Assembly (NCBI GenBank): GCA_013336275.1
Contig: JAAXUA010000001.1
Location: forward strand, 78,167-142,166
Reading direction: 5' to 3'
DNA length: 64,000 bases
Origin: Candidatus Falkowbacteria bacterium
Lineage (GTDB): Bacteria > Patescibacteriota > Patescibacteriia > Patescibacteriales > GWE2-39-37
Shown here: positions 47,251 through 56,226 of the stretch, in pieces
Numbering within the stretch: position 1 is the first letter of the stretch
How the letters are laid out: every line of letters starts with the position of its first letter
Notes under the pieces: model-generated
What the model was told of the DNA's origin: nothing
Seen by the model: the letters and a program-made list of their open reading frames with translations, nothing else
Databases searched by the model: none
Made by a program: the position numbers and the translations under genes

Positions 47251-49005
47251 ATGAGCCAGCTCATTTTCATGCTTATGAGCAGAACTTATCTCCAGCGCAA
47301 AAGTCTGCTTGCGCTTTTCATGATTGCTATTTTCGCAATCTCTTTTAATGTGACTCAAGGCGCCGCCACGCCGCCGCCAGCTCCTCTGCTTAAGCCGACA
47401 GGCATCAGGCTCGAATATCTGGGCCGCGACAATTACGGCTATAACTACCGCGTTTATTTGATGGTCAAGAACGAGGGCGGTGCCATGACTCCTAACAACA
47501 CCACCACGACCCCGGCAATCATGCTAAATATAAATGATAGCAGCGGCTATGGAACGGTCGCAGTCAGGGAGTTCCCGATGCTGGCGGCTGGCGCTGAATA
47601 TGCCGTCGCCTACACCCCCGCCAACCCGATTACGGCTTTTACCTATTCGCCCGGCGTGGCAGCTCCGGCCCCAGACTACAGAGGGCTTGCTGGCGCCTCT
47701 TTGATTATCCCGACATCGACGCCATATTTGTATGTCCAAGCGGGTATCATGCCTAACTCCAAATGGCTGGCGGATAACAGCCTCTACAAAAAGTTCACTA
47801 AAACCTTCGAAATCAAAGATGGCCGCGCCTTGGAATCGATGCCCGACTTCGTCGTCACCGATGTCAGGGTAATCCAAAGCAATGCGGCCACCAATCAGCA
47901 GTATGCCGCAGCAGTAAAGATCAAGAATATCGGCGGCCCAGCTTATAGTATCAGCGACCTTAAGAATTATAATTCCAACTATGCCGGCCTTGATCCAAGG
48001 AATCTGTTGGTTGCTCTGAGGACCATCGACAAGAATAAGGTAAAGTCCGGTTACCGCGTGGTCGTTAAATCGGCCTCGTCGACAGGAGCGATCATGCCGA
48101 GATTCAAGAGCGGTTTTGAGACTGAGGCCATCTTGCCCTTGCCCTTGAATGCCAAAGATTTGACCGGCTTAAGCCTAAAGGCTCAGGTGAATTTCAATTA
48201 TATCTGGGCCAGGGACAACCTTAATGGCGGCGTTATCAACGGCATCGATCTGCCATTGCAGAATCCTTATAATCCACCGTATGACGGGTTTATCGAATCC
48301 AATCTGAGCAACAACAACTGGGTCGGTTATAAATCCATCGGCAAGCCGGATTTTTCAATCAGCAACCCGAGACTTCTTGGCGTCAAGGAAAACCTGCCAT
48401 TGATGCCAAAGGTCATTTCCAGCTCGACCCCATTCGCTTGCTACCCAGGGCAATTGAAGGGAGACCTTGATCATGACGGAAAAGTGACTGCGAATGACGC
48501 CACCCTGATGACTCAGGCGTACCTGGGGGTACTGAAACCGGTCAATATGTGCTGTGTCGATATTGACGGCAACAGCAAGGTCGAGATCAGCGAACAGCAG
48601 AAGGTAACGAACGCCTCACTTGGCTTGACCAAGCTCGGTTATTGCAGTCCAGCCGTTACCCAGCCTAAATATTTCGCAGTAGCTAATGTGACAAATCAGG
48701 GCGCCCCGGCCTATATCGGTTCTACTACGGTCAGGGTCGCTTTCCGTATCAGTTTCATCGCTGGCGGCAAAGCCAGCACCACTGCGGCCATCGGCTATCT
48801 TTCCTCTAAATCAGGCTGGCTCAACAAAGGCTCGCTGGGCGAGGTCAAGACCGATATGACTGAAATCTTCAAGAAATACGGCACCGGCGGTTTCAGGATT
48901 ACCAAGCACGTAGTAAAGATCGACGCCTCATCAGTCACGGACACGACGAAAGGCGTGCTTATCGAGGCGAATGATTTCAACAATACCGCTTCGTCAAAAC
49001 AGTAA
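47251..49005 (+). CDS. Secreted protein with CARDB-like modules and a dockerin-like domain
   Basis: Signal peptide; PDF-V...IKNIG...IESNLSNN and IEANDFNN (CARDB-like); GDLDHDGKVTANDA and DIDGNSKV (dockerin-like). Confidence 0.65.
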   Translation: MSQLIFMLMSRTYLQRKSLLALFMIAIFAISFNVTQGAATPPPAPLLKPTGIRLEYLGRDNYGYNYRVYLMVKNEGGAMTPNNTTTTPAIMLNINDSSGYGTVAVREFPMLAAGAEYAVAYTPANPITAFTYSPGVAAPAPDYRGLAGASLIIPTSTPYLYVQAGIMPNSKWLADNSLYKKFTKTFEIKDGRALESMPDFVVTDVRVIQSNAATNQQYAAAVKIKNIGGPAYSISDLKNYNSNYAGLDPRNLLVALRTIDKNKVKSGYRVVVKSASSTGAIMPRFKSGFETEAILPLPLNAKDLTGLSLKAQVNFNYIWARDNLNGGVINGIDLPLQNPYNPPYDGFIESNLSNNNWVGYKSIGKPDFSISNPRLLGVKENLPLMPKVISSSTPFACYPGQLKGDLDHDGKVTANDATLMTQAYLGVLKPVNMCCVDIDGNSKVEISEQQKVTNASLGLTKLGYCSPAVTQPKYFAVANVTNQGAPAYIGSTTVRVAFRISFIAGGKASTTAAIGYLSSKSGWLNKGSLGEVKTDMTEIFKKYGTGGFRITKHVVKIDASSVTDTTKGVLIEANDFNNTASSKQ

Positions 49006-49101
49006 AAAGCCTAGGAAATTCTTGCGCTTCAAAACTGAATAGAGTATAATATCAAAGAAATCCACTATTTTGCGGATTTCTTTGTATAAAAGCCTAAAAC
49101 T

Positions 49102-50037
49102 ATGATTGAAATCAAAGATCTGGTAAAGAAGTTCGGCACGGCCAAAGTGCTGGACCAGGTGAGTTTTACGGTCAACAAGGGGGAAATCCTTGGCTTTTTA
49201 GGGCCAAATGGTGCCGGTAAGACCACCACCATGAAAATCATCACCTCGTTCTGGGGTGCGACCAGCGGCAGCGTTTCGATCGACGGCCTCGATGTCGCCG
49301 ACCACTCGCTTGAGACCCGCAAGAAGATTGGCTATCTGCCTGAAAACGTCCCGCTTTATGATGATATGCGGGTAGATGAATACCTCCGTTTCATCGCGGA
49401 GGTGAGACAGGTTGATTCCGATAAGATAAAATCCCGCATCAAGGAGGTAGCCGAGCTGTGCAACCTGGAGAAGGTTTTGCATCGGCCGATAGATGAGCTG
49501 TCCAAGGGGTTCCGCCAGCGTGTCGGCTTGGCCCAGGCCATCATCCATGATCCGGAAATCCTGATCCTGGACGAACCGACGACCGGGCTTGATCCGAATC
49601 AGATCGTCGAGATCCGCGACCTGATCAAGCGTCTGGGCAAAGAAAAAACAGTCATATTTTCAACACATATCTTATCGGAGGTCAGTGCGACCTGCGACCG
49701 GGTCATCATCATCAACAACGGCAAGATAGTCGGCGAGGGCAGTCCGAGCGAGCTAGTAGCCAAGTCCGGCGTCAAGGAATTCCTGACGCTATCCGTGCGC
49801 GGCGACCAATTCGACGTGGTTGAGAAGATCCGCGGAGTCGAATCAGTCGCCCGAGTCGAAGTCAAGCGCTTCGAGGACGGCATCGTGAATCTGGAAATCG
49901 AGCCGGTCGACGGCCACGATCCGCGAGAAGCCGTGATGCGCGTCGTTATCAATTCCGGCTGGGGAATCGTCGAATTCACCCAGAAGCAGCACTCTCTCGA
50001 AGACGTCTTCCGCACCTTAACCGCAATTAACCACTAA
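49102..50037 (+). CDS. ABC transporter ATP-binding protein (GldA-like)
   Basis: GPNGAGKTT, LSKGFRQRVGLAQA, LDEPTTGLDPNQ. Confidence 0.93.
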   Translation: MIEIKDLVKKFGTAKVLDQVSFTVNKGEILGFLGPNGAGKTTTMKIITSFWGATSGSVSIDGLDVADHSLETRKKIGYLPENVPLYDDMRVDEYLRFIAEVRQVDSDKIKSRIKEVAELCNLEKVLHRPIDELSKGFRQRVGLAQAIIHDPEILILDEPTTGLDPNQIVEIRDLIKRLGKEKTVIFSTHILSEVSATCDRVIIINNGKIVGEGSPSELVAKSGVKEFLTLSVRGDQFDVVEKIRGVESVARVEVKRFEDGIVNLEIEPVDGHDPREAVMRVVINSGWGIVEFTQKQHSLEDVFRTLTAINH

Positions 50038-50041
50038 GCGT

Positions 50042-50773
50042 ATGAATAAGGAATATCTAAAAACGATTTACGTCTTGGGCAAGAAGGAGCTTTGGGGCTA
50101 CTTCAATTCGCCGATCGCCTATATCTTTATCGGCGCGTACCTCATCGTCGGCAACTGGCTCTATTTCAACTCTTTCTTTCTGATCGGCCAGGCCAGCATG
50201 CGCGATTATTTCGCGATCCTGCCTTGGCTGTTCCTCTTCCTTTCTCCGGCCATAACCATGCGCCTTTGGGCCGAGGAGAAAAAATCCGGCACGATCGAAT
50301 TCCTTCTGACCTTGCCGATAACCGACTGGCAGGCTGTGCTGGCCAAGTTCTTTTCGGCCTTGGCTTTCGTTGCGGCCGCGTTGCTCCTGAGCCTGTCGCT
50401 GCCAGTGACTGTCAGCTACTTGGGCGATTTGGAAGTCGGCCCGGTTGTCGGCGGCTATCTGGGGGCCTTGCTCCTGGCTGGAGCCTATCTATCCCTCGGA
50501 CTCTTCATTTCAGCCATGACCAAGAATCAGATAATCGCCTTCGTCTTGGCACTGGCCGGCTGTTTCGGCTTCTTTGTCGTCGGAGCCGATTTCGTGCTTA
50601 TTAGCGCACCTCAATTCGCGGCTCCGATCATGAAGTTCCTCGGTCTCGGCAGCCATTTTTATAACATCGCCAAGGGCGTAATCGATACGAAGGACCTGTT
50701 GTATTATTTCTCCTTCATCTTTTTCTTCCTCTGGCTGAACGCTCGGGTCATCTCGCAGCGTAATTGGCAATAA
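50042..50773 (+). CDS. ABC-2 permease (GldF-like)
   Basis: YFNSPIAY, TMRLWAEEKKSGTIEFLLTLP, KNQIIA. Confidence 0.9.
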   Translation: MNKEYLKTIYVLGKKELWGYFNSPIAYIFIGAYLIVGNWLYFNSFFLIGQASMRDYFAILPWLFLFLSPAITMRLWAEEKKSGTIEFLLTLPITDWQAVLAKFFSALAFVAAALLLSLSLPVTVSYLGDLEVGPVVGGYLGALLLAGAYLSLGLFISAMTKNQIIAFVLALAGCFGFFVVGADFVLISAPQFAAPIMKFLGLGSHFYNIAKGVIDTKDLLYYFSFIFFFLWLNARVISQRNWQ

Positions 50774-50782
50774 GGCAAACAT

Positions 50783-52321
50783 ATGATGCAAAAGATAAAC
50801 AAAATCACCAAGTGGCAGAAGCAGGCCGGTTTCGGTTTGAACGTCTTACTGGTCCTAGGCGTCATTGCCGCCCTGAACTTCTTTTCTTATCAGCTTTTCC
50901 ACCGTTTTGACTTGACCAACAACAAGAACTACTCGCTTTCTTCGGCCAGCAAGGATTTGGCGCGGGAATTGCCGGACATCATCAATATCAAGGTCTATTT
51001 CAGCGGCAATCTTCCAAGCCAGTACATCAGCTTGAAACAGGAGGTGCTTGACCTTTTGGATGAGTATCAGAATTACTCCAAGGGCAAAATCAAGGTTCAG
51101 GTCATCGACCCCCTGAAGGATAAGGAGGTCCTCTCGGAGCTGCGTTCAAAGGGAATTCCTGAGATCCAGTTCAATGTCTTGGAAAAAGACAAATACCAAG
51201 TGGTCAATGGCTATATGGGCATGGTTCTGAGCTACGGCGACAAGTCTGAGGTCGTACCAGTTCTGCAAGATGTCAGCAACTTCGAATACCTGGTCAGCTC
51301 GGATATCAAGAAATTAACCGCCAAGGAACCGATTGTTATCGGCACTCTGGCAGGCCATGGTACGCTGGAATGGGAAAAGGAAGCGACCAAGGCCGATAAG
51401 GCATTGAAAGAGCTTTATCAGGTCCAGGTTGTCGACCTGAAGACGGAAAAGACTATTCCTTCAACCATCAAGGCTCTCGTTATCGCCGGGCCGAAGGAAA
51501 AATTCACCAAAGATGAGCTCAAGGCTATTGATAAGTTCGTCATGGGCGGCGGCAGCCTGCTTCTCTTGGTTGACGGCGTCAAGATCGATAACGGATTATC
51601 TGCCAGCAAGAATGAGTTGGGCATGGAAGAGTTGCTGTCTGGTTACGGCGTCACCTTGAACAAGGATTTGGTGCTGGATGTTTCGGCCGGCATGGCGTCA
51701 TTCAATCAGGGTTTCATGACTTTCAATATCGAATATCCATTCTGGCCCAAGGTCACGAACGGCTTGGATAAATCCAACCCGGTCGTTTCGCGCCTTCAGA
51801 GCATAGTCCTGCCGTGGGCCTCGAGCATCAGCATCAGCCAGGAGGTGGCCACTCAGAATCAGGTCGCTTATCTGGCTAAGACCACCAACCGCGCCTGGCA
51901 TGCGACCAGCAACTTCAATCTGCGTCCTGACCAGGTTCCTACGGCTGATAGCGCCGACCAATACACATTGGCCGCCGCAGTCCAGGGCAAGCTGAAGAGC
52001 CCTTATGATCAGGGATCGACAGACAAGGCGAGGCTCATCATCGTTGGCGACAGCGATTTCTTGAAGGACGGCTTACTGGACACCGGTGACAACCTGGCGT
52101 TCTTCCAGAATATGGTCGATTACCTCGGTCTCGATGAACAGCTGATCGGTATCCGCGCCAAGGCCATTTCGAGCCATCCGCTGAAGGAACAGCTTTCTGA
52201 CAGCTCCAAGATAGCCATCCGTTACGGCAACGTTTTTGGTATCACGCTTTTAGCCGTCGGCTTCGGCTTGTATCGCTATTATGCCCGTCGACGCAACAAG
52301 CGTCAGCCGGAAACCGAATAA
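50783..52321 (+). CDS. GldG-like ABC auxiliary component
   Basis: RFDLTNNKNYSLS, GHG, IAGPK, VGDSDF, N..FFQN; TM at both ends. Confidence 0.85.
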   Translation: MMQKINKITKWQKQAGFGLNVLLVLGVIAALNFFSYQLFHRFDLTNNKNYSLSSASKDLARELPDIINIKVYFSGNLPSQYISLKQEVLDLLDEYQNYSKGKIKVQVIDPLKDKEVLSELRSKGIPEIQFNVLEKDKYQVVNGYMGMVLSYGDKSEVVPVLQDVSNFEYLVSSDIKKLTAKEPIVIGTLAGHGTLEWEKEATKADKALKELYQVQVVDLKTEKTIPSTIKALVIAGPKEKFTKDELKAIDKFVMGGGSLLLLVDGVKIDNGLSASKNELGMEELLSGYGVTLNKDLVLDVSAGMASFNQGFMTFNIEYPFWPKVTNGLDKSNPVVSRLQSIVLPWASSISISQEVATQNQVAYLAKTTNRAWHATSNFNLRPDQVPTADSADQYTLAAAVQGKLKSPYDQGSTDKARLIIVGDSDFLKDGLLDTGDNLAFFQNMVDYLGLDEQLIGIRAKAISSHPLKEQLSDSSKIAIRYGNVFGITLLAVGFGLYRYYARRRNKRQPETE

Positions 52322-52324
52322 CGC

Positions 52325-52594
52325 ATGATCAGAATTATCAAATTTACAGCCATGTGGTGCGCCGATTGCATCGTGATGCGTCCGATGTGGCAGGAAGTGC
52401 GCCAGCAATATCCTGATTTGGCCATTGAAGAGTACGATTTTGATGACCAGGCCGATCAAGCCAAGGCCTTCGGCATCACCACCGTCCCGACTACGATCTA
52501 CTTGTCCCAATCAGGAGAAGAAATAATGCGTCGAGTCGGTATGCAAGACAAAGCTGAACTTTTCGATGAAATCAAGAACAATCTATCTCATTAA
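52325..52594 (+). CDS. Thioredoxin-family protein
   Basis: WCADC active site, VPT cis-Pro motif. Confidence 0.85.
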   Translation: MIRIIKFTAMWCADCIVMRPMWQEVRQQYPDLAIEEYDFDDQADQAKAFGITTVPTTIYLSQSGEEIMRRVGMQDKAELFDEIKNNLSH

Positions 52595-52602
52595 TTAAAT
52601 CT

Positions 52603-53505
52603 ATGAAGAAAAATAACCTGGTTTTAGCGGCTATTTTATTGGTTCTTGTCGGTCTAGGGTTCGCCTACAACGGGCCGATCAAGTCCTGGCGCGAGAAAGC
52701 TGGACAGCCGAAAAATTTCCTTTCGGATGTGGATTTCGGCAAGATTGATAAGGTTGAGATCGGCAAGGCCAAGACCGTCTTAGTAAAGCAGGGCGATGAT
52801 TGGAAAGTCGGTACTGACAAGAAAGCGGTTAACGCTAGTTCGGGTGCTATCGAACAAATGATCACTCAGCTCAAAGCCGCCCAGAAGAATCAGTTTGAAT
52901 TGGCCAGCACTAACAAGGATCGTAAATCGGAATTCCAGACCGACAGCAGCGGAATCGAAGTCTCATTCTATCAAAGGGACAACAAGACGACCGTCGTAAT
53001 CGGCAAGATGTCGAGCGATTATTCGAGCTCATATATCAGCCGTCAGGACGATGACAACACCTATCGGACCGTCCAGGCAAATCTCTGGTCAGTCTTCATG
53101 GCTGAGGATTGGCGTGACCTGGCAATCTTCAAGGGCGGCGACGCAACTAAGGCTCAGAAGGTCCGCTTGCAATTCCAGGACAAGCAGTATGTTTTGGAAA
53201 AGAAGGGTGAAGACTGGTTTGATGGCAAAAACAAGTTGAACAAGGACAAGGTCGCAAAAGTGATAGCTCGCCTGACCGAGCTGACTGCCGCCAAAATTCC
53301 GGCCCAGGATTTCAAGCCGACCGGTCTTGACAAAGCCTCTCTCATCGCCCAGGTTACTGGCGATGGACTGGATAGCACTTTGATGATCGGCAAAGAGGAC
53401 GGCCAAGGGCAATTCTACGCCAAGAGGGGGGATAATGACTTGATTTATCTCATAGCTAAAGCCGACCGCGACGAACTGAGTAAGAAACCGGACCAATTGA
53501 AATAG
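52603..53505 (+). CDS. DUF4340-like membrane-anchored protein
   Basis: N-terminal TM, duplicated beta domain, WRD motif; synteny with GldAFG-like genes. Confidence 0.7.
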   Translation: MKKNNLVLAAILLVLVGLGFAYNGPIKSWREKAGQPKNFLSDVDFGKIDKVEIGKAKTVLVKQGDDWKVGTDKKAVNASSGAIEQMITQLKAAQKNQFELASTNKDRKSEFQTDSSGIEVSFYQRDNKTTVVIGKMSSDYSSSYISRQDDDNTYRTVQANLWSVFMAEDWRDLAIFKGGDATKAQKVRLQFQDKQYVLEKKGEDWFDGKNKLNKDKVAKVIARLTELTAAKIPAQDFKPTGLDKASLIAQVTGDGLDSTLMIGKEDGQGQFYAKRGDNDLIYLIAKADRDELSKKPDQLK

Positions 53506-53512
53506 CAGCTTC

Positions 53513-53542
53513 TAAGCCAGGCACCGAACAGTGCCTGGCTTT
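53513..53542 (+). terminator. Hairpin after the ABC operon
   Basis: aagccaggcac-cgaaca-gtgcctggctt. Confidence 0.65.
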
Positions 53543-53595
53543 ATATTTGGCCGTATAAATGGTATAATCGGTATAATGAATTAATATAAATCATT

Positions 53596-54591
53596 ATGAA
53601 ATATGACGTGGTCACCGTCGGCGGCGCGACTGAAGACATGACATTGTTCACTCATGAAGGCGTACTGATCGACAATAAGCATGACGTTCTGCGCCAGGAA
53701 CTTCTCGGTTTCGAATACGGAGCAAAATTAGCGGTAGACAAGGTCGAATTGGCGTTCGGGGGCGGCGCAGCCAATGCAGCGGTCTCGTTTGCCAGGCTGG
53801 GACTCAAAACCGCCTCGAGAATAGCGGTCGGAAATGATGAGCGAGGATCGCAGATCGTCCGCCACCTGAAAAGCGAAAAGATAAACCATCGATTAGTACA
53901 GACGGTCAAGGGCCAGATGAGCGGCTTTTCGCCGATCATCGTCGGTCCCGACAACGAACATATCTCATTTTCCGTCCGTGGCGCCAACTCGTTTTTGGAT
54001 ATCGACCCCAGCACGGCCAAACAGCTCAAAAAATCCCAATGGGTATATCTGACTTCGCTATCCGGAGATTGGAAGCAGTTCTTGGATAAGTTATTCTCAG
54101 TCGACGGTCCTAAAATTGCCTGGAATCCAGGCCACACGCAGCTTGCTGCTGGCAAGAAGGCGTTGGCCAAGTATCTTAAGAAGACGGAGCTGGTCGTGCT
54201 TAATTTGGATGAGGCCAGGGAACTGGTCATCTCCGAACAGGCCTACAAGAGAAAACCTCTGTCATTCTTCGATGATCCGGCCAAAATGGCGGAGATCATT
54301 TCTTCGTGGGGTCCGAAGGTTGCCATCGTCACTAATGGCGGCAAGGGCGCTACTGCTTGGCGTGATGGCAAGGCGTACAAGGTCAAAGCCATCAACTTGA
54401 AAAGGAAAATCAATACCGTGGGCGTGGGTGACGCTTTCGGATCGTCAGTCGTCGCCGGCCTAATTATATATAAGGATGATCTGGCGAGAGCGATGAAACT
54501 GGCAGCTAACAATGCCGCTCGAGTGGCTTCGATCAAGGGAGCGCAGAACGGCTTGATAAGAAAGGCTGATTTAGTAAAATTATCGATATGA
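53596..54591 (+). CDS. PfkB-family carbohydrate kinase
   Basis: GGGAANAA, WNPG, LNLDEA, NTVGVGDAFGS. Confidence 0.9.
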   Translation: MKYDVVTVGGATEDMTLFTHEGVLIDNKHDVLRQELLGFEYGAKLAVDKVELAFGGGAANAAVSFARLGLKTASRIAVGNDERGSQIVRHLKSEKINHRLVQTVKGQMSGFSPIIVGPDNEHISFSVRGANSFLDIDPSTAKQLKKSQWVYLTSLSGDWKQFLDKLFSVDGPKIAWNPGHTQLAAGKKALAKYLKKTELVVLNLDEARELVISEQAYKRKPLSFFDDPAKMAEIISSWGPKVAIVTNGGKGATAWRDGKAYKVKAINLKRKINTVGVGDAFGSSVVAGLIIYKDDLARAMKLAANNAARVASIKGAQNGLIRKADLVKLSI

Positions 54592-55169
54592 AAAAAAACA
54601 ACCTGACCGTTCCGGTCGAAGTGTCGGCAAGACACATCCATCTCACTGCTGAACACCTAGCTGAACTCTTCGGTGAGGATTATGAACTGTCACCCATCAA
54701 GCCGCTTTCCCAGCCTGGAGAATTCGCCTCAAGCGCAGTCCTGGATATCCAGACCGAGAAAAACACCATGAAAGGGGTCCGGGTGCTCGGTCCCGTCAGA
54801 AGCTACAGCCAGGTTGAAGTCTCAAGGACAGATTCCTATTTTTTAGGCTTGATCCCGGTTATCCGTGAGAGCGGCGACATCAAGGGCACGCCAGGGATTA
54901 CCCTGATCGGGCCGAACGGTACCGTCAAGCTGGAAGAGGGCGTGGTTTTGGCATATCGCCATATCCATTGCTCCTCGTCACGCGCCGAAGAGCTCTCCGT
55001 CAAGCATGGCCAGTTCGTCAAAGCCAGGATTGGCGGCCCTCGAGCGGTAGTGTATGAGAATGTCATGTTCAAGGTGTCTGATAATTACGATTGGCATCTG
55101 CATCTTGACGTCGACGAAGGAAACGCTGCCGGAGCCGAACCTGGCACGACTGCTGAAATAATCTTCTAA
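54588..55169 (+). CDS. pduL: Phosphate acyltransferase PduL (PTAC)
   Basis: VSARHIHL, LSQPGEF, VRVLGPVR, QVEVSRTD, RHIH, HLDVDEGNA. Confidence 0.92.
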   Translation: MKKNNLTVPVEVSARHIHLTAEHLAELFGEDYELSPIKPLSQPGEFASSAVLDIQTEKNTMKGVRVLGPVRSYSQVEVSRTDSYFLGLIPVIRESGDIKGTPGITLIGPNGTVKLEEGVVLAYRHIHCSSSRAEELSVKHGQFVKARIGGPRAVVYENVMFKVSDNYDWHLHLDVDEGNAAGAEPGTTAEIIF

Positions 55170-55172
55170 CTT

Positions 55173-56225
55173 ATGTCCAATGTCTTAGTCCTTAATTCAG
55201 GTTCGACCTCGGTCAAATACAAGCTGTTTGCCGCCGATGAGACAGAGTTGGCGGGAGGCCAGTTCGCTGAAAAGGATTTCAAATCAAACATCAAACAGCT
55301 TCTGCGCCAGGTGGTCGCTTTTGGCGATATCGAAGCTGTCGGCCATCGCGTGGTCCATGGCGGCTGGCAATTCTCCCGGCCGACCATCGTTACCTCGGCG
55401 GTGATGAATGAACTATCAGAGCTCAATTATCTGGCTCCGCTGCATAACCCGCACAACCTGGCCGGCATCGAGGCCGTAGCGGATTTTTTGCCGCAAGCGC
55501 CTCAGATAGCGGTTTTCGATACAGGTTTTTTCAGCGAATTGCCGGATCAGGCCAAAACTTATGCCTTGCCGCGAGATATCGCCAGTAAATATCATATACG
55601 CCGCTATGGCTTCCATGGCTTGAGCCATGAGTATGCCATGGGTGAAGCATCGGCCCAGCTCGGCAAAAAGACGGACAAGATCAATCTGGTATCATGCCAC
55701 CTTGGCGGCGGCTCTTCGGTCGCGGCTATAAAGCAGGGAAGGCCGGTCGATATCTCGAATGGCTACACCCCGGCTGAAGGCTTGATGATGCAGACCCGCA
55801 CCGGAGATATCGACCCTGGGTTGGTCATCGAATTGATGTACTTGCTGCCAGGTGAGATCAACGAGGATAAGGTCGGCGAAGTTTATCGCCTAATCAACGA
55901 AGAGTCTGGCTGGAAGGGGCTGACCGGAGGCATTTGCGATTTCCGCGATCTGCTGAGAGAAGTCTCGTTGGGCCAGCCCGCAGCGCTGGCGGCATTCGAT
56001 GTGTTCACTTACCGCATTGCCAAATATATCGGAGCTTACTATGCGGTCTTGGAGGGAGCCGTAGACGCAATCGTCTTTACCGGAGCGATCGGAGCCGGCA
56101 ACCCGGCAACCCGGCAAGCAGTCATGCGCAAGCTCCGCCACCTGTCCTCCCTACCTATTCTTGCCATCAATACTAACGAAGAGCTGAATATCGCCCGCAA
56201 AGTAAAATTAACCATTGCCAGATAA
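55173..56225 (+). CDS. ackA: Acetate/propionate kinase (short form)
   Basis: LNSGSTSVK, GHRVVHGG, APLHN, FDT, RRYGFHGLSH, HLGGGSS, TNEEL. Confidence 0.93.
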   Translation: MSNVLVLNSGSTSVKYKLFAADETELAGGQFAEKDFKSNIKQLLRQVVAFGDIEAVGHRVVHGGWQFSRPTIVTSAVMNELSELNYLAPLHNPHNLAGIEAVADFLPQAPQIAVFDTGFFSELPDQAKTYALPRDIASKYHIRRYGFHGLSHEYAMGEASAQLGKKTDKINLVSCHLGGGSSVAAIKQGRPVDISNGYTPAEGLMMQTRTGDIDPGLVIELMYLLPGEINEDKVGEVYRLINEESGWKGLTGGICDFRDLLREVSLGQPAALAAFDVFTYRIAKYIGAYYAVLEGAVDAIVFTGAIGAGNPATRQAVMRKLRHLSSLPILAINTNEELNIARKVKLTIAR

Positions 56226-56226
56226 G

